Below are positions 18,884-27,991 of a DNA stretch of 64,000 bases, piece after piece (the stretch's first letter is position 1; each line of letters starts with the position of its first letter). This DNA is from an uncultured Alphaproteobacteria bacterium (GTDB taxonomy: Bacteria > Pseudomonadota > Alphaproteobacteria > Rhizobiales > Xanthobacteraceae). Both the position numbers and the translations under genes were made by a program. Location of the stretch: positions 148,687 to 212,686 of the forward strand of contig CAVSFV010000033.1 of NCBI GenBank assembly GCA_963727325.1. Direction: 5' to 3'. The notes under the pieces are model-generated. The model was not told where the DNA came from. It did not search any database and saw only the letters and a program-made list of their open reading frames with translations.

Positions 18884-19653
18884 CCGCGAACGTACCCGCG
18901 TCGTTCGAAGGTTGTTTTGCGCGCGCACTGCTTGACCCGTTGGAGCCGGTCCCTCGCAGCATCACCACCGAACGCGCCGGATCGCCGACGCGGCGCTTTG
19001 CAATCCACCGCAACAATGTGGTCGTGAGCCTGATCAAAACGCTGCGGGCGCGGTTTCCCGTGGTCGAGCGAATTGTCGGCGCAGAGTTTTTCGTCATGAT
19101 GGCGCGGGCTTTCGTTGCGAAGAGACCGCCGCGCACGCCGATCCTGACGACTTATGGCGATGAGTTTCCCGACTTCATTGCTGCATTCGAGCCGGCGCGC
19201 CAGGTCGCTTATCTCGCCGATGTCGCGCGCCTCGAAGCTGCGCGCTCCCGCGCCTATCACGCAGCCGATGCCGTGCCGGCCGACCCAAGCGCTTTTGCTG
19301 TGCTCGATCCCGAGACTGTAAGTGAAATACGGGTCACACTGCACCCTTCCGCCGAAATCGTTCGGTCGCCACATCCGATTGTCACCATCTGGGCGATGAA
19401 TTCGGGCGAGCACGAGCTTGCCGCAATCGAGGATTGGCGCGGTGAAGACGCGCTGGTGGTGCGCCCGCATCTCGAAGTGGAGGTGCGCTTGTTGCCGCCG
19501 GCAGGCGCTATGTTTCTGCTTGCGCTAGGCTCGGGGCGTACGATCCGCGAAGCGGCAGAGGCTGGATTTGCCGATCACCCCGAATTTGATCTCAGTCGCA
19601 GTCTGGCCGGACTGATGGGGTCGGGCGTCGCGGTCGAGATCGTCGCGCCGTAG
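18880..19653 (+). CDS. bufC: DUF2063 domain protein (MbnC-like partner of the MNIO; BufC).
   Basis: The GTG start overlaps the bufB stop (GTGA). [38 protein letters not shown]...PP..P.L..YG..FPDFI fits the DUF2063 N-terminal pattern. Confidence 0.85.
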   Translation: MTANVPASFEGCFARALLDPLEPVPRSITTERAGSPTRRFAIHRNNVVVSLIKTLRARFPVVERIVGAEFFVMMARAFVAKRPPRTPILTTYGDEFPDFIAAFEPARQVAYLADVARLEAARSRAYHAADAVPADPSAFAVLDPETVSEIRVTLHPSAEIVRSPHPIVTIWAMNSGEHELAAIEDWRGEDALVVRPHLEVEVRLLPPAGAMFLLALGSGRTIREAAEAGFADHPEFDLSRSLAGLMGSGVAVEIVAP

Positions 19654-20725
19654 CGGCGTTAGCCCTTGCCGGGTTTCCGACCGACGCCGTTCGCCCCGCT
19701 CGGCCGCCTTCGATTTCGCGCCGCACCAGCGCCGCGCCCTCGGCCATGGCCTTAATCTTGGCGAAGGCGACCACACGCGGCAGGTATTTCATGCCGCAAT
19801 CCGGCGCTACGACGATGCGCTCCGCAGGCGCAAAAGGCAGAGCGCGACGGATCCGGTCGGCAACGGTCTGCGGCGTCTCCACATTCATGTCGGCGAGATC
19901 AATGACGCCAAGAATGATCGTCTTCGACGGCAACGCTTGCAAGACTTTCAGATCGAGTTTGGGCTGGGCCGATTCGATCGATATTTGTTGCGCCTTGCAG
20001 TTTTCCAGTTCCGCGAGGAATGAATATCCTGAAGGCTTGCCTCGCACCAGCGCGGCGTAGCCGAAGCACAGATGCACCGCGACCGTGCCGGTCACGCCTT
20101 GCAGCGCCCGATCGAGAGCCTTGAGGCCGTAGCGCCGCGCGTCATCCGGGTGCTGCTGCATCCACGGCTCGTCGAGCTGCACGATATCGGCGCCAGCAGC
20201 GAACAGATCGGCGATCTCGGCGTTGACGGCGGCGGCATAGTCCATCGCCATTGCTTCAGCGTCACCGTAGAACTCATCTTGAGCCTGCTTACTCATCGTA
20301 AACGGTCCCGGCAGGGTCGCTTTAATCGTGCGGTCGGTGTTGGCGCGCAGCACTTTGAGGTCACGCACCTCGACCGGGCGCGTCCGCCGAATCGGAGCGA
20401 CTACGCGCGGCACCGGAATCGGCTGTCCGGTCCGGTTGATCGTTGTGCCGGGATTGTCGGCGTCGATACCTTCGAGCGCCGTGGCAAAACGGTTTGAATA
20501 GCTTTCGCGCCGCTGCTCGCCGTCGGTGATGATATCCAGCCCGGCACGCTCCTGATCGCGGATCGCGAGGATCGTGGCGTCGTCCTGCGCGGCTTCAAGT
20601 CTACCGGGGGCGACCAGCCAAAGATCGTCGGCGCGTGCCCGCGGCACCTGCTTTGAAAGCTTGCCGCGGTCGATGAGCCATTCCGGCTGCGGATAGGAGC
20701 CGACGAGCGAAGTCGGTAGCAGCAT
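19592..20725 (-). CDS. Cobalamin-independent methionine synthase II family protein (MetE C-terminal-domain-like). The 3' end is suspect.
   Basis: MLLPTSLVGSYPQPEWL...DIITDGEQRRESY...VQLDEPW...HLCFGY...VAPDCGMKYLPR are typical of the MetE-like/UROD-fold family. The last ~36 codons are Arg/Pro-rich and overlap bufC by 62 nt. Confidence 0.8.
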   Translation of the reverse strand: MLLPTSLVGSYPQPEWLIDRGKLSKQVPRARADDLWLVAPGRLEAAQDDATILAIRDQERAGLDIITDGEQRRESYSNRFATALEGIDADNPGTTINRTGQPIPVPRVVAPIRRTRPVEVRDLKVLRANTDRTIKATLPGPFTMSKQAQDEFYGDAEAMAMDYAAAVNAEIADLFAAGADIVQLDEPWMQQHPDDARRYGLKALDRALQGVTGTVAVHLCFGYAALVRGKPSGYSFLAELENCKAQQISIESAQPKLDLKVLQALPSKTIILGVIDLADMNVETPQTVADRIRRALPFAPAERIVVAPDCGMKYLPRVVAFAKIKAMAEGAALVRREIEGGRAGRTASVGNPARANAATARRSRPRRPTPSVRPDCD

Positions 20726-20751
20726 AGGTCCTCTGAAATTCCCTCGCGAGG

Positions 20752-22029
20752 CTACTTCGCCTTCGCATAAGGGTAAATCAGGTCGCCGGTTCTCTGGTCG
20801 GCTGGACTGAGCACGGTCTGATTACTCATGCCTCGCCACGTTTCGAGGTTCGCGGCGTCGGTGATGTCGTGATACTGCACCTGCAGCGATCGTGAGCCGA
20901 CCCATTCGCCATATTGTCCGAACCTGATGTTGTCGGCCATGATGGTTGTGAACGCATGGGTATGCATGTATTCGGCCAACTTTTCATCGTTGAGCGTCTT
21001 GGCGCCTTCGACCGCTTCCCCCAGCAACTGGAAATAGGCGTAGCCCCAACCGCCCAGATAATATCCCAGCGGATCGATGCCTTCGGCCTTGGCGCGCTCC
21101 TGATAGATTTTGAAGAAGGCGGCGGCCGGCGCCATTAGTTTCGGCGACGGCACCCAGGTCTCGTAATTCACCACACCATTGAGCTTGGTCTTGAGCTTTT
21201 CCTTGAACACGGTCGATTGCAGTCCGACCATGGCGCCGCCAAGCATCTTCGGCGTGAAATTGAGCTCATTCGCCGACTGCAGGATGCCAACAGAGCTCAA
21301 CGGATAGGAACAAACAACAACAAGATCGGCATTAGCGGCCTGCACCGCGCGGATAACCGGCGAGAAGTCAGTCGTGCCCGGCGGGAAAGTTTTGTCGTAG
21401 ATAATGTTGAAGCCGTAGATTTTCGAGTTTTCACGAGCGCCCTCGCAGGCGTTGCGAGCGAACTCGGCATCCTCGGCGACGAGCGCAACCGTTTGCGGCT
21501 TTGGCTTTTGCTCGGCAGCGGCCTGAAAGTAGCCGTCCGTGAACGATCTGCTTGGATTCTGGCCAGCCGAAATCATCGAGAAGTAGCGCGAATAGTGAAA
21601 CTCGTGATTGCCATCGAGCGCGAACAGGCCGATCAAAACCTTGCCTTTCTGCATAACGACGGGAATCGCCGGCGCCACCAGATTGGTTCCATAAGGTCCG
21701 TTGAGAAGGTCGACCTTGTCGACGTCGAGAAGCTTCGTGTAGATGCCGGGTATATTCGCGGCATTGGACTGATCGTCGTAATTGACGAACTCGACCTTGC
21801 GGCCAAGCAATCCGCCCTTGGCGTTGATTTCCTCCTGCCAGATTTTGGCCCCGAGCAGCGCCTGTTTGCCGTTCGGCGCCAGCGGACCGGTGAGCGCAAG
21901 TGAAAAACCGATCTTGATTGGCTGGTTGCTCTGCGCGGAAACCGGAGCGGGCGTGAGAGCAAAACCGGCAGCGGCAACGATGGCCGCGATCGCGGTGGCA
22001 ACAAACTCCCGTCCTAAACGATGAGCCAT
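20752..22029 (-). CDS. ABC transporter substrate-binding protein, Leu/Ile/Val-binding (type I PBP) family.
   Basis: ATG at 22029 preceded by GGAGG. Signal peptide ...ALTPAPVSAQ, then IKIGFSLALTGPLAPNGKQALLGAKIWQEEINAKGGLLGRKVEFVNYDDQSN. Confidence 0.9.
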   Translation of the reverse strand: MAHRLGREFVATAIAAIVAAAGFALTPAPVSAQSNQPIKIGFSLALTGPLAPNGKQALLGAKIWQEEINAKGGLLGRKVEFVNYDDQSNAANIPGIYTKLLDVDKVDLLNGPYGTNLVAPAIPVVMQKGKVLIGLFALDGNHEFHYSRYFSMISAGQNPSRSFTDGYFQAAAEQKPKPQTVALVAEDAEFARNACEGARENSKIYGFNIIYDKTFPPGTTDFSPVIRAVQAANADLVVVCSYPLSSVGILQSANELNFTPKMLGGAMVGLQSTVFKEKLKTKLNGVVNYETWVPSPKLMAPAAAFFKIYQERAKAEGIDPLGYYLGGWGYAYFQLLGEAVEGAKTLNDEKLAEYMHTHAFTTIMADNIRFGQYGEWVGSRSLQVQYHDITDAANLETWRGMSNQTVLSPADQRTGDLIYPYAKAK

Positions 22030-22163
22030 AATTTCCTCCCCATTTTTTCTGTTTACGCCGGCCTGCTTCGCGACGACGTGACAGTGTTGCACCTACAATG
22101 CACCGCTTCAAAGCGCATGAAAAGACCAGAGGGCCCGACCGTAAACGCGGGAATAGAATCAAA

Positions 22164-22191
22164 CGGGGCGCGAACCAAAGGTCACGCCCCG
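22164..22191 (-). terminator. Hairpin between the two binding-protein genes; possible weak terminator on the minus strand.
   Basis: CGGGGCG (22164-22170) pairs with CGCCCCG (22185-22191) across a 14-nt loop. On the minus strand it is followed by TTTGATT. Confidence 0.4.
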
Positions 22192-22221
22192 CAATGGAGT
22201 GCTGATGAGACTTAGAGGGAG

Positions 22222-23505
22222 CTATTTCGCTTTTTCGTAGGGGTAGATGAGGTCGCCCGTTTTCTGCTCGGCCGGGCTCACGACAGTCTGATAGCCCATG
22301 CCGCGCCAGGTCTCCAGGTTCGCAGCATCAGTGATACCGTGATACTGCACCTGCAGCATGCCGGACTTGGTCCACTCGCCATTCTTTCCGAACCTGATGT
22401 TGCCCATGATGGTATGGAACTCATGGCTGCGCAGGTAGTCGGCGAGCTGCTCGTCCTTGACGCTTTTCGCGCCATTAATCGCCTCGCCGATCAACTGGAA
22501 GTCGGCATACCCCCACCCCCCAAGATAATAACCAAGCGGATCGACGCCGGCGGTCTTGGCGCGCTCTTGGTATTTCTCAAAGAATGCTTTGGCCGGGGCC
22601 ATCAACTTCGGCGAAGGGACCCAGGTTTCATAGTTGACGATGCCATTGAGCTTGGATTTGAGCCTGTCCTTGAACACGGTTGCTTGCAGACCGACCATAG
22701 CGCCGCCGAACATCTTCGGTTTGAGCCCGAGTTCATTCGCGGATTGCACGAGACCAACTGAGCTCAGCGGATACGAACACGCGACGACGAGGTCGGCGTT
22801 GGCAGCCTGCAACGCGCGGATGACCGGCGAGAAGTCGGTCGTGCCCGGCGGGAAGGTCTTGTCATAGATGATCTTGAAACCGTAGGTCTTGACGTTTTCG
22901 CGAGCGCCATCGCATGCGTTGCGCGCGAACTCAGCGTCCTCAGACACCAGCGCCACCGTTTGCGGCTTGGGTTTCTGCGCGGCCGCCGCCTGGAAGTACC
23001 CTTCGGTAAACGCTTCCCGCGGCTTTTCGCCGGTGGGCAGCATCGAGAAGTATCGCGGGTAGTGAAATTCGGCATTTATATCGAGCGCAAAAAAGCCGAC
23101 GAACACTTTGTTCTTTTGCATGACAACCGGCATGGCCGGCGCGTTCAGGTTGGTCCCATAAGGGCCCATCACAATGTCGACTTTGTCTACATCGAGCAGC
23201 TTCGTGTAAATGCCGGGAACGTTCGCCGGATTGGATTGGTCGTCGTAATGAACCAATTCGATCTTTCGGCCGAGCAGCCCGCCCTTGGCGTTGACTTCCT
23301 CTTGCCAGATCTCTGCGCCAAGCAGCGCCTGTTTGCCGTTCGGCGCCAGCGGACCGGTGAGTGCCATACTGAAGCCGATTTTGATCGGCTCGCCGCTCTG
23401 CGCGGTCGCGATGCCGGGCGCCAGAGCAATTCCGGCGGCTAACACCACCGCCCCAATTCCTCCGGCAACATCGCGTCTTGTCACGCGATCATTGCGATAA
23501 CCCAT
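22222..23505 (-). CDS. ABC transporter substrate-binding protein, Leu/Ile/Val-binding family (tandem paralog of 20752..22029).
   Basis: ATG at 23505 preceded by GGAGGAAAGG. Signal peptide ...APGIATAQ. Collinear with the neighbouring paralog over its whole length; roughly three quarters of residues are identical by eye. Confidence 0.9.
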   Translation of the reverse strand: MGYRNDRVTRRDVAGGIGAVVLAAGIALAPGIATAQSGEPIKIGFSMALTGPLAPNGKQALLGAEIWQEEVNAKGGLLGRKIELVHYDDQSNPANVPGIYTKLLDVDKVDIVMGPYGTNLNAPAMPVVMQKNKVFVGFFALDINAEFHYPRYFSMLPTGEKPREAFTEGYFQAAAAQKPKPQTVALVSEDAEFARNACDGARENVKTYGFKIIYDKTFPPGTTDFSPVIRALQAANADLVVACSYPLSSVGLVQSANELGLKPKMFGGAMVGLQATVFKDRLKSKLNGIVNYETWVPSPKLMAPAKAFFEKYQERAKTAGVDPLGYYLGGWGYADFQLIGEAINGAKSVKDEQLADYLRSHEFHTIMGNIRFGKNGEWTKSGMLQVQYHGITDAANLETWRGMGYQTVVSPAEQKTGDLIYPYEKAK

Positions 23506-23799
23506 GGCCTTTCCTCCTGAGTAGCTTTTTCGATTTTTACGTACCCTGGCGGGCCGCCCGTTTTCGGGCTTTGCGCGACAGTGTCGCGCAGGACAATGCC
23601 CTGCTTCCGGGGTCATGAAAAGGGCGCAAACGGGGGAGCGTGGCAATCTGCCCCGGCTAAGTCAGGCGTTGCAAGCCTAACGGCTTAACACTAGCGGCGT
23701 GCCCGTTTGTTGAGCATTGCGCATTTGCATTTCGCTTCGCATCGCAAGCCGCTACAATTAACTTCCTGGACGAGACAGGCGCGGGCATACGCACCAAAC

Positions 23800-24252
23800 A
23801 TGCAGGCACTCTCTGTTAACGGAAATCATTACGAGGTCGACGTGGAGCCCGACACACCCTTACTGTGGGTGCTGCGCGATACGATCGGGCTCACCGGCAC
23901 GAAATACGGCTGCGGCATTGCCCAGTGCGGCGCTTGCACCGTGCACATCGATGGCGTCGCCGCGCGCTCTTGTCAGATTCAGGTCGGCAGCCTGGGCGGC
24001 AAAAAGGTGACCACGGTCGAGGCCCTGGCGCAGAATGGCGAACTCCACCCGCTGCAAAAAGCGTGGGTGGAACACGACGTGCCACAATGCGGCTACTGTC
24101 AGAGCGGTATGCTGATGACGGCCGCTGCCCTGCTGACGCAAAAGCCCAAGCCGACAGATGCCGACATCGACGCAGCGCTCACGAATATCTGCCGCTGCGG
24201 AACCTATCAGCGCATTCGCGCCGCGATCCATGCGGCGGCGAGCGAGTCCTAG
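23800..24252 (+). CDS. (2Fe-2S)-binding small subunit of the aldehyde/isoquinoline oxidoreductase (xanthine dehydrogenase) family.
   Basis: [52 protein letters not shown]...[10 protein letters not shown]...[10 protein letters not shown] are the two canonical 2Fe-2S Cys clusters. Confidence 0.9.
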   Translation: MQALSVNGNHYEVDVEPDTPLLWVLRDTIGLTGTKYGCGIAQCGACTVHIDGVAARSCQIQVGSLGGKKVTTVEALAQNGELHPLQKAWVEHDVPQCGYCQSGMLMTAAALLTQKPKPTDADIDAALTNICRCGTYQRIRAAIHAAASES

Positions 24253-24275
24253 CAACTGCGAGTTATAGCGACTGC

Positions 24276-25034
24276 ATGAAGTCTGTACGCGCCGCCGCAA
24301 CTATTCTGTTTCTGATCTGCGCCGGCATGGTGCTCGTTCCGGCCACGGTGCCGGCCGCTGAGCAAGTCGACCTTCTGCTGATATTGGCGGCCGATGTGTC
24401 GCGCAGTGTCGATAGCGCGAAATTCCAGCTGCAACGCGAGGGTTATGCCGCCGCGATCTCCGATCCGCGCGTGCTCGACGCCATTCGCTCAGGCCGCAAT
24501 AGCCGCATCGGGTTATCCTTCGTCGAATGGTCCGGCGTCGGCGCACAGCGGGTCGTGATCGATTGGGCGACGATCGGCGACGCAGTATCGGCAAAAGGCT
24601 TCGGCGATCGGCTACTGGAGGCGCCGCGCTCGTTCGCGGATCGCACTTCGATTTCCGGGGCAATCGAATTCTCGATGGCGCAGTTTGCCCGCGCGCCTTA
24701 TGACGCGCCGCGCCGGACCATCGACATCTCCGGCGATGGCACCAACAATGCCGGCCGCGACGTGGTTTCGGCACGTGATGAAGCGCTGGCGCAGGGGGTA
24801 ATTATCAACGGCCTCGTCATCCTCAGCGAAACGCCTCTGGCATGGAATCCGGACCACACCAATCCGCCTGGCGGCCTCGACAATTATTATCGCAACAATG
24901 TCGTGGGCGGTCCGGGCGCCTTTGTGCAGGTGGCGCAAGATTTCAATTCGTTCGGCCAAGCCATCGTCAAGAAGATGATCGCGGAAGTCGCGAATGTGCC
25001 AACAAGCCAAAGGCTTCGTACTTCGCAGCGATAA
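24276..25034 (+). CDS. DUF1194 domain protein (vWA-like, secreted).
   Basis: ATG at 24276. Signal peptide MKSVRAAATILFLICAGMVLVPATVPAA, then VDLLLILAADVSRSVD...IDISGDGTNN...INGLVIL...LDNYYRNNVVGGPGAFV, the DUF1194 pattern as I recall it. Confidence 0.8.
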   Translation: MKSVRAAATILFLICAGMVLVPATVPAAEQVDLLLILAADVSRSVDSAKFQLQREGYAAAISDPRVLDAIRSGRNSRIGLSFVEWSGVGAQRVVIDWATIGDAVSAKGFGDRLLEAPRSFADRTSISGAIEFSMAQFARAPYDAPRRTIDISGDGTNNAGRDVVSARDEALAQGVIINGLVILSETPLAWNPDHTNPPGGLDNYYRNNVVGGPGAFVQVAQDFNSFGQAIVKKMIAEVANVPTSQRLRTSQR

Positions 25035-25241
25035 CCAAATCGCAGTCGTCAACTGCCTATGGCGGTTCGCGGCGCGTTCCGGCATTGATTGCCCACGACC
25101 GGCGCGGTTTTGCCCTTATAAAGCAACTGTTTGGACGCAGCCCCGGCCACGAAAGCGACACAGATGCCAGGCAGGATTGCAGCTTAGCCGTCAAACCGTA
25201 TTATTCGGCCACTTAACCGAACCACTCGGAACACACCTCCC

Positions 25242-27162
25242 GTGACCGCAGCTACTGGCTTGAAGCGCCTTGCGATTGCCGTTGCTGCCGTGATCGCGGC
25301 AGTTTTCGTAACATTGGTAGGTCTGTCCTTTCTCATTCCGGCTGCCTCGGTCCGGGACGCAGTTGCTCGGGAGATCCACGCCGTCACCGGGCTCGACCCG
25401 GTGCTGCGCGGCAGCGTCTCGGTGTCGCTCTTCCCTTCCGGGACGGTAAGTTTCCACGATGTTTTGCTCGGCGACGACCGTACCGGTCAGCCAGCCGTGC
25501 TCGCTGAAGAGCTGACCGCTCACCTGCGCTATTTCCCGCTGCTCGCGGGTCGAATCGAAATCGCGGACGTAACGCTGGTGCGGCCTGCCATCACAGTGAC
25601 TTTCCAGCCAAACGGCCAGTCAAATTGGTCGGGCTTAACCCAATCGCTGGCACACGCGCTCGAGCCCAATCCCAGCCGCATAACATCGTTCTCAGAGATC
25701 GGCATTCGTGACGGCGTCGTCCTCGTCCACAGTTTTCGCGGCGGGAAGGAAACCACCGACCGCCTCGAAGGCGTGGAATTCCAGCTCGCTTGGCCGTCGA
25801 TTTCTCGCAGTTTCGGCGCCAACGGCCATTTTGTCTGGCACGAAGAGCCGGTCGAAGCGAGCCTGACGCTGAGCGACTTTCTCGCCGCACTCAATGGCGA
25901 TCGTTCGGGCGTCAAGCTTCGCCTGACTGGGGCGCCGCTAAAGGTCGCTTTCGACGGTTCGGCGAGCGACCAGCCGACGTTGAAGGTCGACGGAACGCTG
26001 AGCGTGGAATCTGCCTCGCTGCGTGACGCGCTGCGTTGGGCGCACACGGGCGAGCTTCCATTCGGCGGCTTCGGGCGCTTCGCGTTGCGGGCACAAAGCA
26101 GCCTCGCCGCCGGGGTCGCTTCGCTATCCGGAGTCAACGTCGAACTTGACGGCAACAGTGCGGAAGGCGTGATGACGCTGTCGGCTGATCAGCGCACGGT
26201 CCAGGGCACACTCGCGGCCGACGCGCTTGATCTAACGCCATACGTGTCCGGCATTCACATCCTGGCGGCGAACGAACGCGCGTGGGATCATCTGCCCATT
26301 GCGCTTGACGGCATGGCCGACTTTGACCTCGATCTTCGCGTTTCGGCCGCCACCGTCAAAATAGCAAGCGCGCAATTGGGGCGAACGGCCGCCGCCGCCA
26401 CGGTGCGCAACGGCAAGCTCGATGTGGCCATTGGAGAAGCACAAGCCTTCGGCGGCATCGCCAAGGGCTCGCTTGGGCTCGCCAATACCGCCGGCGGCGT
26501 TGCCGTGACCTCGCACGTGCAGTTTGTCGACGTCGATCTCGAAAGCTGCCTTGACCAGATATTCGGCATTCGCAAGCTCGAGGGCCGAGGCAACATGACA
26601 CTCAATGTCGAGGGTTTCGGCGCGTCCGTTTTGGCGGTGACCAATACGCTCCACGGCACCGCGAATCTCACCGCCCACAACGGTGCAGTCGCCGGGATCA
26701 ATGTCGAGCAATTGTTGCGCCGGCTTGAGCGCAGGCCGCTGTCTGGCAACGGAGACTTCCGCACTGGCCGCACGCCTTTCGACAAGTTCGCCCTCGGCCT
26801 CAAAATCGAGCAAGGCCAGGTGTCGGTCGACGACATGCGCCTGGACGGGCCGTCGGTGCGCCTCGCAGTCAATGGCCAAGTCTCGGTTCCCACCCGCGAT
26901 CTTGACCTCAAGGGCGTAGCCACACTCGTTTCCAGCGCCGACCGCCAACCAGTTCGATTTGCCGTTCGTCGTCCAGGGCCAGTGGGACGATCCGATCATG
27001 CTGCCGGACGCGCAAAGTCTGATCCGCCGTTCCGGCGCCGCCGCCCCGCTCCTCGACGCCATCAAGACTCACAACGCCGGCGCCGCCGTGCGCTCGGTGA
27101 TCGACAAGCTGCTCGCCTCTCCAAACGGCTCGGCGCCTTCGGCAGCTAAAAATCGAGATTAA
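25242..27162 (+). pseudogene. AsmA family outer-membrane biogenesis protein, frameshifted near 26925-26958.
   Basis: ORF 25242..27149 is AsmA-like (N-terminal TM anchor, long beta-rich body) up to ...LDLKGVATLVS, then Arg-rich junk. ORF 26959..27162 in another frame gives the conserved AsmA C-terminus (F)DLPFVVQGQWDDPIMLPDAQSLIRRSGAAAPLL. Confidence 0.8.
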
Positions 27163-27191
27163 ATTTTTTGCGGTTTGAGATGCGCGATTGA

Positions 27192-27989
27192 TCAGGTCAC
27201 GCTTGCACCTCTGCCGCCGGTGACCTTGGCAAGCAGCGAAGCGGCAATCACCGCGACGCCAACAACCGCCACCATGATACTACAAACGGCGTTCATCTCC
27301 GGCTTCACGCCGAGGCGTACCTCCGAATAGATCCGGATCGGCAGCGTCGTCGCGCCTGGACCGGTGGTGAAGCTCGCGATCACCAAATCGTCGAGCGACA
27401 GCGCGAATGCGAGCATCCAGGCGGCAGCGATGGCCGGCAAAATCAACGGGAAGGTCACGGACGTAAAGGTGCGCAGAGGTGTGGCTCCCAAATCCATCGC
27501 CGCCTCCTCGAGGCTCAAATCGAAATCGACAAGCCGCGACTGTACGATGACGGTCACAAAGCACATCGCCATCGTGGTGTGGGCAATGGCGACGGTCCAA
27601 AAGCCGCGGTTGACCGCGACGGCTACGAAAAGCAAGAGCAGCGACAAACCTGTGATCACTTCCGGCATGACCAGCGGCGCGTAGATCATTGCAGCAAACG
27701 GAAGCCGGCCGCGAAAACGTCCGAAGCGCACCAGCGCCAGCGCGGCAAGCGTTCCCAGGATGGTCGCAGCGCTGGCCGAAACGAGTGCCAGGCGGAAGCT
27801 GATGAAGGCCGCTTCGAGGAGCGGTGCATCGTTGAAGAGTTCGGTGTACCAATGGGTCGACCAACCGCCCCAGACCGTCACAAGACGGGAGGCGTTGAAA
27901 GAATAGATCACCAAAATCGCGATCGGCAGATAGAGGAAGCCGATCCCGACCAGAACGGCTCCGAGGTTGAAAGCGGAAAGCCTCCGCAT
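27192..27989 (-). CDS. ABC transporter permease (PotC/PotI-like, polyamine-type).
   Basis: ATG at 27989. MRRLSAFNLGAVLVGIGFLYLPIAILVIYSFN... and the EAA-type loop LEEAAMDLGATPLRTF. The longer 404-aa ORF overlaps the upstream permease in another frame. Confidence 0.9.
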   Translation of the reverse strand: MRRLSAFNLGAVLVGIGFLYLPIAILVIYSFNASRLVTVWGGWSTHWYTELFNDAPLLEAAFISFRLALVSASAATILGTLAALALVRFGRFRGRLPFAAMIYAPLVMPEVITGLSLLLLFVAVAVNRGFWTVAIAHTTMAMCFVTVIVQSRLVDFDLSLEEAAMDLGATPLRTFTSVTFPLILPAIAAAWMLAFALSLDDLVIASFTTGPGATTLPIRIYSEVRLGVKPEMNAVCSIMVAVVGVAVIAASLLAKVTGGRGASVT

Positions 27990-27991
27990 CT

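Noticed and set aside
23865-24275. Long N-terminal extension of the DUF1194 ORF (23865..25034, 389 aa) overlapping the 2Fe-2S subunit gene.
   Set aside because: The extension is Arg-rich and out of frame with a clearly real gene. A Met followed by a signal peptide at 24276 gives the expected DUF1194 architecture.
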